DNA of 32,574 nucleotides, taken from Myxococcota bacterium. Lineage in GTDB: Bacteria > Myxococcota_C > UBA6777. Under the pieces are notes generated by a model. The model did no database searches. It saw only the letters and a list, made by a program, of their open reading frames with translations, and was not told where the DNA came from. The DNA is taken from assembly GCA_023150835.1 (NCBI GenBank), contig JAKLKB010000075.1:1-32574 (forward strand), given 5' to 3'. Shown here piece after piece: positions 1 to 8,219 of this stretch. Position numbers and translations under genes: made by a program. Numbering within the stretch: the first letter of the stretch is position 1; each line of letters opens with the position of its first letter.

Positions 1-1484
1 ATGCCTTGGAAGGGGTAGGGCTGTAGGGTGGGACGGCGACCTGCTGGACAGTTGGGGCGGGGGGAGGGTGGGCATTGGACGCGCTCGCAGCGGGTTCGGA
101 AACAAGTGAGACCTTGGTGGGTGTAGCGTTCTTTTCGGGGGACGGAGCCGTTGGGGCATCGGGGTTCGATGGATGGAGGGCAGAGGGCTTGTTCGCAGGC
201 TTCGCGCTCGCAAACGTTGCCTTGGAAGCGGTAGGTTTCGAGGACGATCCGCGCTCCGTGTGGGCATTGGAGGGGAGGGGGTTGTGGGCAGAGAGAGGGT
301 CGGCAGCGTTTGGCGAGGTAGGCCATGCCGCGCCAATCTCGGGGTTTGGTGATGACCCGTTCGCCGGGAGCGCATACAAGAGGGACACACATCAAGCGTT
401 CGCAGAGTTGGCCGTTGTGCCACTGTTGCTGCTTTTTAAGTGTTTCATCTTCGCCGTCACACGGGGGAATCGGCCATTCAGGGCATTGAGCGGCCATGCA
501 AGTCGTGCGTTGGCAAAGGCGGCCAAAGTGATCGTAGGTTTGGGTTTGGGGGGTGTAGCCATAAGCGCATCGGGTGATCGGATCGGGAGGGCAAGGCAGT
601 TCGGTGCAGGCGGTGGTCGTGCAAAGACGCCCACCCATGCGGTAGGTACGGGTGTTGGGTTGTGTCCCGGGAGGGCAAGAGACAGGGCCGGGATCGGGTG
701 GGCAGTTTCGTTCGGTGCAGATCTGCTTTTGGCAAAGGCGGCCTAGGTGGGCATAAGAGATCGTCTTGAGGTCTTCGTCTTCGTCGCAGTGTGGTGCTGG
801 AGAGGGCGGACATTCGGGCATTTTGCAGATGTAGCGGCTACAGTTTTTCCCGTTGTAGGGGTAGGTTTGAAGGGCGGGGGTGGCTCCGGGGGGGCAGCGC
901 GGGGCGAGCAGGGTGGGGCAAGTTTGGCGAACGCAGCGTAGGCGCATACAGCGCAAGCCTTCGAGGTAGTAGGGTTCGGTTTGTGTTTGAAAACCGGGCT
1001 GGCATCGGACGGGCTGTGGTGGCGGGCATTGTAGAGGTTTGCAGCGCACACGTTCACAGGTCTGGCCGTGATAGCGATACAGTTCGAGATCGGCAAATTG
1101 CCCGGGCGGGCAGGGCATCTCGCGAACGGCGGGGCATCGGGCAAAGACGCACCGAAAGCGTTTGCATCGCAAGTTGCCTTGGCGGTAGGTCGAGGCGCGC
1201 AAGGCAAATCCGCTGCGGCATCTGGGGCGTTTGGGTGCGGGGCAACGCGGTTGGATGCAGATCGTGCGATAGCAGACGTGGTTGAGGTGGAGAAAAGATT
1301 GGATGGTGGGGTATTCGTTTCGGCGGCAAGAGGGGGGGTTGTCGATGGGGCATGGATCGACAGCGGGTCCTTGAGAGGGAAGGGGGGAGGGTTGCCCGAC
1401 GGGTGGGGGTTGGTTTGGATCGTAGGGCGGTGGGGGTTGGTTCGGATCGTCGCAAAGAACACGGCGCAGGAAAAAAGTATCCAT
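1..1484 (-). CDS. Cysteine-rich 36-aa tandem-repeat protein, 3' end truncated by the window edge
   Basis: Translated by hand from ATG at 1484; open to base 1 with no stop, so absent from the ORF track. About 13 repeats of C-P-x6-C-x10-[YF]-x3-G-x2-C-x4-C-x4, e.g. CPPPQPVRCQPGFQTQTEPYYLEGLRCMRLRCVRQT. True start uncertain. Confidence 0.85.
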   Translation of the reverse strand, partial: MDTFFLRRVLCDDPNQPPPPYDPNQPPPVGQPSPLPSQGPAVDPCPIDNPPSCRRNEYPTIQSFLHLNHVCYRTICIQPRCPAPKRPRCRSGFALRASTYRQGNLRCKRFRCVFARCPAVREMPCPPGQFADLELYRYHGQTCERVRCKPLQCPPPQPVRCQPGFQTQTEPYYLEGLRCMRLRCVRQTCPTLLAPRCPPGATPALQTYPYNGKNCSRYICKMPECPPSPAPHCDEDEDLKTISYAHLGRLCQKQICTERNCPPDPGPVSCPPGTQPNTRTYRMGGRLCTTTACTELPCPPDPITRCAYGYTPQTQTYDHFGRLCQRTTCMAAQCPEWPIPPCDGEDETLKKQQQWHNGQLCERLMCVPLVCAPGERVITKPRDWRGMAYLAKRCRPSLCPQPPPLQCPHGARIVLETYRFQGNVCEREACEQALCPPSIEPRCPNGSVPRKERYTHQGLTCFRTRCERVQCPPSPRPNCPAGRRPTLQPYPFQG

Positions 1485-1611
1485 TTCATGGACGTTTCGG
1501 GACTCCGAGGTTATGTGTCGATCGAGTGGGTCGGCGTGAAGCGACGGGCAAAGTGATGTAGTGAGACGAAGCAAAGCAAGATATCTTCAACGAGCAGCGA
1601 TGACGGTGTCG

Positions 1612-2772
1612 TTATCGCCTACGATGGTGTATTTTCCGTCGGTAGTATCGAGTTTTTCGCCGTGTTTTTGGTCGCATTGAGCGTTTGCGATGGAGCTTGC
1701 GGCGTCTGTTGCGTATTTTTCGGCGAGGGTAGCGAGGCTTGCGTTGTGTGGTGTTCGTTTGGCGAGGGGGAGAGATCAAGACGCTTGGGACAGCGTAGCG
1801 TGGCGGAGGAAGCGGTAGAGAGCGGGTTTGGATAGAGGGAGCGGGCGGTGGTTGGTGGAGTGTGGTGGAGGCGGTCGGCCAAAAGAGCAGGACAGCTAAG
1901 AACAAAGTCCAGATCGCAAATCCCCATGCGAAGGGAGTTTGAGGCTTTGTGTAATCAGCGATCAGCAGCGTGGTGTTGTCTTTTCCGCCGTTGTGGTTGG
2001 CTGATTCGACCATGCGTTCGGCTGCAAGGACGGGATCAGACAGGTGGGTTAGAGTGTGGAGGATATCTTGGTTGGAGAGCATGGCGGTGAGGCCGTCGGA
2101 GCAGAGCAACAAGCGGTCGCCGTGTTGGAGCGCGATCGGTGAGGTGGGGGATTCAACGTCGACTTCGGGGAGACGGCCAAGAACGCGGGTGATCAGGTTG
2201 GTTTTGGCATTTTCTGTGGATTGGCCTTGTTGTTTCATTCGCTCGATGGCGGAGTGATCGCGTGTCACTTGGAGCAGCGATTGCTCGCGCAAGAGATAGA
2301 GTCGGCTATCTCCGACGTGTGCGACGTAGGCTTGATCTTCGATCACCAAAACAGCGACGACGGTGGACCCCATCTGCTTGAGTTTTTCTTGGGTTTTGGA
2401 GGCGCTATGGATGGCGAGATTGGCAGCTTGGATGGCTTCGCACAACACGGAGCGAGGTTGCCATCGGAGCTTGTGGTGGGCGGTTTCTACGGTGCGTGTG
2501 ATCGCTTCGATGGCGAGCTTGCTGGCGATATCTCCGCCTTGATAACCGCCCATACCATCGCAGACAACGCCTAAAAATCCGAGCGGGACGGAGAGGATGG
2601 TAAAAGCATCTTGGTTGCTTTTGCGTCGGATGCCGACATCGGTACGTGCAGCGATGCGGTAGGTGGGCGCGATCGTAAGCTGCTGGTGTTGATAAAAGCG
2701 TTTGGGTTCAAACGAGGTTGCAGGAGGCGATGAATCGTGTGTTTGGGATGTGTGGGGAAGAGGGGTCGCCAT
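1612..2772 (-). CDS. PP2C/PPM-family Ser/Thr protein phosphatase (Stp1/PrpC-like) with C-terminal TM helix and polybasic tail
   Basis: Motifs TDVGIRRKSNQD, VCDGMGG, HVGDSRLY, LLCSDGL, GGKDNTT; hydrophobic WGFAIWTLFLAVLLFWP; Arg/Lys-rich C-terminus. Confidence 0.93.
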   Translation of the reverse strand: MATPLPHTSQTHDSSPPATSFEPKRFYQHQQLTIAPTYRIAARTDVGIRRKSNQDAFTILSVPLGFLGVVCDGMGGYQGGDIASKLAIEAITRTVETAHHKLRWQPRSVLCEAIQAANLAIHSASKTQEKLKQMGSTVVAVLVIEDQAYVAHVGDSRLYLLREQSLLQVTRDHSAIERMKQQGQSTENAKTNLITRVLGRLPEVDVESPTSPIALQHGDRLLLCSDGLTAMLSNQDILHTLTHLSDPVLAAERMVESANHNGGKDNTTLLIADYTKPQTPFAWGFAIWTLFLAVLLFWPTASTTLHQPPPAPSIQTRSLPLPPPRYAVPSVLISPPRQTNTTQRKPRYPRRKIRNRRRKLHRKRSMRPKTRRKTRYYRRKIHHRRR

Positions 2773-2877
2773 CGTTACGCTGGCTCCGTCATGATCGTGC
2801 GGCTTCTGATGGGCATTGAGCGGATTTGGATCTTGGGGGTCGCCATCGTTGCGTTGGCTCCGTCATGATCGTGCGGC
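2762..2877. repeat. 42-bp direct repeat (2762-2803 and 2836-2877) duplicating the PP2C RBS and start codon
   Basis: ggggtcgccatcgtt(a/g)cg(c/t)tggctccgtcatgatcgtgcggc; 2 mismatches; 74-bp period. Confidence 0.9.
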
Positions 2878-2960
2878 ACGAAACCTTGTGGGGAACGGTT
2901 GCAAAAGTCGAGTGTAGACGCTTTTTGGGGGATTGGCTAGAAGTATGTGCGGGGGCGACG

Positions 2961-2989
2961 TTGACAGCGTGGGGCGTCCTGAATACAAC
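2961..2989 (+). promoter_or_regulatory. Putative sigma70 promoter of the TPR lipoprotein gene
   Basis: TTGACA-17 nt-TACAAC. Confidence 0.5.
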
Positions 2990-3055
2990 AAGGGGGCTTT
3001 GTTCCGCTCTTTTTCGCTATTCTTTTCTTTTCAACAAGCAAGGAGGACGTCGCTC

Positions 3056-4132
3056 ATGCAAAAGCGAATCCGACAGTCTCTGGTATGTTTTGGCTTTTTG
3101 GTGCTGTCGCTTGGATCGATGGGCTGCAACACCGAACTCAAACGTGCGCGTGAATCGGTACAAAAGAAAGACTTTGCCCAAGCTGCTGATCTGTATGAAA
3201 ACGTGCTGAAAAAAGATCCTGAAAACGAAGAGGCGATGCGCGAGCTGACGCAGCTTTACTGCGAAACGATCAAGAACAACTTCAAGTGTTCAACCAAAGT
3301 CGAAGATCTGTACAAAAAATTCCCTACAGATAACAAGATTAAAGGGTGGTACAAGGAGGCCGTGTTTGGCCGCGCCAAGAGCCTTTATATGCAGCAACAA
3401 TTGAAGGCCGCGATCGGTAGCCTTGAAGATTACACCAAGCTCGTGAAAGACGATGGTACGGCGTACTTTATGTTCGGCAACATCAAGTTCCGCCTCAACA
3501 AAAACCCGCCCTATACGAGCAGTCAGATCGACGAGCTCAAGAAAGCGGTGGATTATTTTGCGTTGGCGGTCAAACACTCGAAAACAACGGACAAGTTAGC
3601 CATGTTCGATGAAAATGTCGAAAGCTTGGTGCAATGGGAAGCCCACGTCCAAACAGGCGTGATCTACAAATCTTTTTTGATGGAAGACTTCAAAAAATTC
3701 CAAGCCGAGCAAGAGGGCAAAACGCCTGCGGCTCCGAGAAAACGCGGCAAAAAAGGTAAAAAAGGTAAGGTGGCCGAAGAAGAAGGTCCGAAGTTTGCCC
3801 CGAACAAAGAATACTTTGACAAAGCGGTGGCCGCGATGGAGGCCGCTGCAAAAGTTCCCCAACCCAACAAGCACAAAGCCTTTTTCCCTTATTTTGAGAT
3901 CGGTGTGATGTACACGATGCTCAAGAGTGATCCTGAAAAGGGCCTTGAGTGGTTGAAAAAAGCCTATGCCCTCAATGAGATCGATATGTCTGTAATCGGA
4001 AACCTCAAGATGGTGTACGATATGTTGGCTGAAAAGGCCGAAAAGGCGGACGAAAAAGACAAAAAGGCTGAATACGAAAAACTTTCCCAAGAGTACGCAG
4101 CCAAGATGGAGTCTTTGCAAGGAAAACGTTGA
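3056..4132 (+). CDS. TPR-like lipoprotein
   Basis: AGGAGG RBS at 3041 before ATG 3056; signal peptide ending LGSMG-C (lipobox); TPR-like helices (AADLYENVLKKDPENEEA, AYFMFGNI). Confidence 0.8.
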   Translation: MQKRIRQSLVCFGFLVLSLGSMGCNTELKRARESVQKKDFAQAADLYENVLKKDPENEEAMRELTQLYCETIKNNFKCSTKVEDLYKKFPTDNKIKGWYKEAVFGRAKSLYMQQQLKAAIGSLEDYTKLVKDDGTAYFMFGNIKFRLNKNPPYTSSQIDELKKAVDYFALAVKHSKTTDKLAMFDENVESLVQWEAHVQTGVIYKSFLMEDFKKFQAEQEGKTPAAPRKRGKKGKKGKVAEEEGPKFAPNKEYFDKAVAAMEAAAKVPQPNKHKAFFPYFEIGVMYTMLKSDPEKGLEWLKKAYALNEIDMSVIGNLKMVYDMLAEKAEKADEKDKKAEYEKLSQEYAAKMESLQGKR

Positions 4133-4141
4133 GGGGAGCGT

Positions 4142-4282
4142 GGGCGACTTGAGATGCTGTGTGATCTTTTGGCGTACAAGGCCGAAAAAGCAGGGGACAA
4201 AGACAAGCAGGCTCGATACGAAAAGCTCTCCCAAGACTACGCAGCCAAGATGGAGTCCTTGTTTGGGCACCACCGCCGCTAG
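4142..4282 (+). repeat. Diverged in-frame duplicate of the last ~42 codons of the TPR gene; possible 42-aa ORF 4154-4282
   Basis: MLCDLLAYKAEKAGDKDKQARYEKLSQDYAAKMESLFG versus MVYDMLAEKAEKADEKDKKAEYEKLSQEYAAKMESLQG; 144-bp period, same frame. Confidence 0.85.
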
Positions 4283-4387
4283 TGTGGGGATTTGGGATAG
4301 AGGGGCTTGCGAGCGGGGTGTCGTACAAAAGCGGAGGTGCCGCGTGTTTTCTGGATCGGCACAAAGCGATGCCGTCCGTGAGGATTG

Positions 4388-4751
4388 TACGAAATCCGCC
4401 CGTTGCGTGATCGTAAAGGTGTAGGGGCAGCCCCCATACGCGCCTTGTTAAGGTGGAAACCTCGTAGAGTCGGTCTTGATCGCCTTTTTTTTCTCCCCCC
4501 CCTCAATCCCCCCGTGAACGGGGGGAAGTTGGAACGGGCAGCGTCTGCATCTCGTGCATACAGCGTGCGTCACGAAAAAACAAAATCCCCGATGCTTCCG
4601 ACTTTCGCTCCCTCCCCTGTTCACGGGGGAGGGCTGGGGTGGGGGGCTTTCCTCCGCTTCACCTAACGCCTATGGGGGCTGCCCCCCGTGGCTGCCCAAG
4701 AATCGTGTACTTACGCACTCTCCTACGATCACAGAGCATTCGGGTATCGCA
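4388..4751 (+). mobile_element. REP-containing MITE-like element (family 1), interrupted by a nested palindromic insert
   Basis: Starts tacgaaatccg, ends cgggtatcgca directly against the mtnA stop; GTAGGGGCAGCCCCC ... GTGGCTGCCC core split by the insert. Confidence 0.75.
4436..4673. repeat. Nested palindromic element
   Basis: Inverted arms tccccccgtgaacggggg and cccctgttcacggggga; imperfect terminal inverted repeats (gttaaggtggaa / ttcacctaac). Confidence 0.65.
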
Positions 4752-5801
4752 TTATTTGTTGTTGTGTTGAACGAGTGGAGCGAGGGTGAAGGGATAAGGG
4801 GGGGAGGCGATACCGTTTTCGGTAATGATGGCGGTGACGTAGCGTGCGGGAGTGACATCAAAGGCGACATGACGGGCTCGTGCGCCATGCGGAGCGATCG
4901 GGGTGTTGCCGATGCGCGTCACTTCTTCGGCAGAGCGTTCTTCGATCGGGATGGAATCGCCGTTGGCAAGGCTGAGATCGATGCTGGAGGTGGGAGCCGC
5001 CACATAAAAAGGGATATCGTTGGCGTGAGCGGCGAGCGCCACCATATAGGTTCCGATCTTGTTGGCGACATCGCCGTTGGCAGCGGTGCGATCGGTTCCG
5101 ACGATGCAGAGATCGACTTCGCCTGATTTGAGAAAGTGCCCCGCCATATTGTCCGTGATGAGTTCCACATCGATCCCGTCCTGCATCAGTTCCCACGCGG
5201 TGAGACGCGCTCCTTGGAGGTAAGGCCGCGTTTCATCCGCAAGCACACGAATGGTTTTGCCTTGTTCTGCGGCGATGCGCATGACAGCGGTTGCGGTGCC
5301 ATAACCGCCCGTTGCAAGGGCTCCTGCGTTGCAGTGAGTCAGGATGGTGTCGCCGTTGCGAACGAAGCGTGCGCCATGTTCGCCGATGCGTCGGTTGAGT
5401 TCGATATCTTCGCGCAAGATGGTTTGGGCTTCTTGGACGAGGCGGTCTTTGAGATCGGAGATCGAAAGGGTGTCGATCTGGCGCTCGACAAGGCGCTTCA
5501 TGCGATCGATGGCCCAAAACAGGTTGACAGCGGTGGGACGCGTTTGAGCCATAATCTGGTTGATGTGTTCGAGCCCTTGGAGAAATGCGGTGCGTTCGTT
5601 GGGAAGAGTGATCGCGCCTTGCGCGATGCCCATCGCTGCGGCGATTCCGATAGCGGGTGCGCCACGTATCACCATCTTGCGGATGGCTTCGGCGACTTGG
5701 TGAAATTCATCGTAGACTTCATAGCGGATCTCGGCGGGTAGCAGGAGTTGATTGAGCATCTTGACCTTGCCATCTTGCCAAGCAATCGTTTCAAATGACA
5801 T
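4752..5801 (-). CDS. mtnA: S-methyl-5-thioribose-1-phosphate isomerase
   Basis: IRGAPAIG, RPTAVNL, LTHCNAGALAT, DETRPYLQGARLTAWEL, NGDVANKIGTY, FDVTP motifs. Confidence 0.96.
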   Translation of the reverse strand: MSFETIAWQDGKVKMLNQLLLPAEIRYEVYDEFHQVAEAIRKMVIRGAPAIGIAAAMGIAQGAITLPNERTAFLQGLEHINQIMAQTRPTAVNLFWAIDRMKRLVERQIDTLSISDLKDRLVQEAQTILREDIELNRRIGEHGARFVRNGDTILTHCNAGALATGGYGTATAVMRIAAEQGKTIRVLADETRPYLQGARLTAWELMQDGIDVELITDNMAGHFLKSGEVDLCIVGTDRTAANGDVANKIGTYMVALAAHANDIPFYVAAPTSSIDLSLANGDSIPIEERSAEEVTRIGNTPIAPHGARARHVAFDVTPARYVTAIITENGIASPPYPFTLAPLVQHNNK

Positions 5802-6047
5802 CGTGCGTTTCCTTTGATTGGGTAGGTATTCTCTCGTTGGGTCGGGGAAGATCGGCTATTTTAGGCGAACCGTCGGGGGAGGATATACCGCAAACAGCCG
5901 CAACTGTCCATCGTTTGGGCCATCGAAAAAAGATGGTGGGCCGCAGCAGCGTCGAAGTGGGAGGAATTTGCATTTGTGGTGGTGGGAACTTAGGATCACG
6001 GAGTCTTGAGGGTTTTGTGTGGCCTGTCAAGGAAACGGAGTCAATGG

Positions 6048-7064
6048 ATGGCAGAAAAGGTGTTGCAGATCGGGATGGAACGATCGTGGATGTTGGATGG
6101 GGTCTTGGGAGGGAGTGTTGCAGCGATCTCCTTCTTGTATGGTTTTGTGCATCTCCCGTGGGGACAACGAGCGTTGGCGGCGTTGAGTTTGGGGATGGGG
6201 TTGATGTTGTTTGCGCATTATTTTTTGCGGCGGTTTTTTTGGGGAAGTCGTGCGCCAAGCCGAGCGTCGATAGAGCGAGATCTTGCGCAATGGGAGGCCG
6301 ATACAGCGAAGCGTTCGTTTGAGACGGTTGAAGAAGAGATGGGGGCGCTGGAGCAGATGGGGGCGTTGGCGTTGGCGCTAGAGCATTGGTCAAAAGCGGC
6401 GATGTATTATCAACGCTTGGTGCGTTTGATGGAGAATTGGTCGGCGCGGCAGCCCGCATCGGTTCAGAAGGAATACTGGATAAGACGGCTGCACTTCCAA
6501 TTGGCGATCTCGTTTGCGCTGCTTGAAGAGGGCGATGCGAAGGAAGGTTTGGAAGTGTTGTCGCTGCTGCGAGAAGAGAGCCAAGCTTCGGAAGATATGG
6601 ATCTTCGGTTGTTGGTGGAGGTGTTTTATGCGCGAGCTCAGATCACGAAAGATCCCGAAAGTGCGGAATCATGGCTAGAAGCAGTGTTGGCGTATGCGCG
6701 GGGGGTGGATCGGTACGCAGAGGGGTTGCGGCGTGTCGCGGCGGAGTGGATCGAATTAAAGCAGCCCGAGCGGGCAGTGAAGTTGCTGGAGGAGGCGGAA
6801 GCGTGCTTGAAAGAAGCGGATTATGCGGATCGGGTCGAGCTGTTTTGTGAGGCGGTGTTGGCGTACAGCGCGGCAGGACGGTTGAAAGAAGCGGCGCAGA
6901 TGTACACGCGCTTGACGCGATCGTATCTACACACTAACCTTCCGCACCCCGATGTGTTGGAGCATCTTCGCCAAGACCTTTCGCAGCGTTTTGAGCGCAA
7001 GGCCTTGGCGACCGCATTACAAGAAGCCCAACGCGCCTCCCAAAAAGATGTGCGAACCTTTTAG
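6048..7064 (+). CDS. Hypothetical membrane-anchored helical (TPR-like) protein
   Basis: GGAG RBS before ATG 6048; two N-terminal hydrophobic segments followed by amphipathic helical repeats. Confidence 0.7.
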   Translation: MAEKVLQIGMERSWMLDGVLGGSVAAISFLYGFVHLPWGQRALAALSLGMGLMLFAHYFLRRFFWGSRAPSRASIERDLAQWEADTAKRSFETVEEEMGALEQMGALALALEHWSKAAMYYQRLVRLMENWSARQPASVQKEYWIRRLHFQLAISFALLEEGDAKEGLEVLSLLREESQASEDMDLRLLVEVFYARAQITKDPESAESWLEAVLAYARGVDRYAEGLRRVAAEWIELKQPERAVKLLEEAEACLKEADYADRVELFCEAVLAYSAAGRLKEAAQMYTRLTRSYLHTNLPHPDVLEHLRQDLSQRFERKALATALQEAQRASQKDVRTF

Positions 7065-7082
7065 GCACGATTTGTTGACAAG

Positions 7083-7209
7083 AAAACGCCGTGTTCGCGC
7101 CGCTTCGAGTGGTCGTGCTGTGGGTTTAAAAAACGTCTGTTCGCTCCGCCGGTACGGGGTCGAGGGGCCATTGGTCCCTTGTGGGGTGTGGGGCAACGCC
7201 CCAAAAAAC
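7083..7209 (+). repeat. Dispersed ~127-bp repeat family 2, copy 1
   Basis: Near-ungapped match to 15489-15617 (reverse) and 18718-18846: ccgtgttcg ... aaaaacgtct ... tccgcc ... acggggtc(g/a)agggg ... ggggYgYgggg ... cccca. Confidence 0.8.
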
Positions 7210-7247
7210 CGCCCAACAACGCCAATTTGATGAGAGAAAGCGTATCG

Positions 7248-7967
7248 ATGCCAGTTCTTTCGATGCACAAGATCGTAAAGGAGTTTCCGCAACGTCGGAT
7301 ACTGCGCGGGGTGGAGGGGGTGCTTCCTGCGGGGGTTCATGTGATGTTGGGTCCGAATGGGGCGGGAAAATCGACATTGCTGGGTGTGTTGTCGACGCAG
7401 AGTGTGCCGAGCGATGGGCATTTTGAGTTGGATGGGCTGGATTCGCGACGTGATCTGGAAGCCTTGCGCGCAAAGATCGGGACTGTGGGGCATCGCAGCT
7501 TTTTGTATCCTTCGATGACGCTGCGGGAGAATCTGTCTTTTTATGCAGAGTTGCATCGTGTCGAACGGGCTTCGGAAGTGATCGTGGCCTTGGCGCAACG
7601 GTTTGCGATGGAGCCTGCGATGGATGGGGTCGTGCGCTCATTTTCGCGGGGAATGCAGCAAAGAGCGGCCTTTATGAGAGCGTTGTTGCACGATCCACCT
7701 TGCTTGTTATTGGATGAACCTTTTACAGGATTGGACCCGAGAGGCGTAGAGATCGTGATGCGTCTTTTGGCGCAATGGCGGGAGGAAGGGCGCTTGGTCT
7801 TGTTGACAACGCATGATCTTCATCTGGCTGCGCGTTGTGCAACTCATCTGCTTTTGTTGGTCCGAGGCCGCTTACAAGCAGCAATCTCGGGTCCATTTTC
7901 TCTTGCGATGCTCGAAGACCTGTACCATCAACACTTCCCGTTGATAGGTGACGAAGCACCCGCGTAA
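7248..7967 (+). CDS. ccmA: ABC transporter ATP-binding protein, CcmA (heme exporter A)-like
   Basis: Walker A GPNGAGKST, signature FSRGMQQR, Walker B LLLDEPFTGLD, H-loop TTHD; GHRSFLY and FSRGM are typical of CcmA-like ATPases. Confidence 0.75.
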   Translation: MPVLSMHKIVKEFPQRRILRGVEGVLPAGVHVMLGPNGAGKSTLLGVLSTQSVPSDGHFELDGLDSRRDLEALRAKIGTVGHRSFLYPSMTLRENLSFYAELHRVERASEVIVALAQRFAMEPAMDGVVRSFSRGMQQRAAFMRALLHDPPCLLLDEPFTGLDPRGVEIVMRLLAQWREEGRLVLLTTHDLHLAARCATHLLLLVRGRLQAAISGPFSLAMLEDLYHQHFPLIGDEAPA

Positions 7968-8088
7968 TCCGATGCTTCGAGAGAAGTGTGATCGAAGGGT
8001 GGGTACGATCCGCTGTAGATGCCCTGTTGTTGGGCAGCCACAGGAGACTGCCCCTACATTTGGGCGCACATCTTGGGTGGATTTCGTA
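7968..8088 (-). mobile_element. MITE-like family 1 copy (reverse)
   Basis: Begins immediately after the ccmA TAA (7965-7967); core gggcagccacaggagactgcccctac; ends tggatttcgta. Confidence 0.7.
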
Positions 8089-8187
8089 TCATCCGCCATT
8101 TGTGTTGATGGGTGACGAAGAGCTTGTATCATCCGCCATTTGTGTTGATGGGTGTCGAAGCACTTGTATCATCCGCCGTTTCTGTTA
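8086..8187. repeat. 40-bp tandem repeat, ~2.5 copies, upstream of the rdgC-like gene
   Basis: gtatcatccgccatttgtgttgatgggtgacgaagagctt starting at 8086, 8126 and (partial) 8166. Confidence 0.9.
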
Positions 8188-8219
8188 TACCACATAGAAC
8201 AAACAAAAGAGGCCGAACG

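Noticed and set aside
743-1489. 248-aa minus-strand ORF in the track
   Set aside because: Overlaps the regular Cys-repeat frame, which is far more protein-like; only its first ~13 residues look meaningful
2873-2890. sigma54 promoter at ggcacgaaaccttgt
   Set aside because: No GC at the required 10-nt spacing from GG
4130-4170. Selenocysteine recoding of the TGA
   Set aside because: No convincing SECIS hairpin and no redox-motif context
3998-4282. Diversity-generating retroelement TR/VR pair
   Set aside because: Mismatches are not confined to adenines and no reverse transcriptase is in the window
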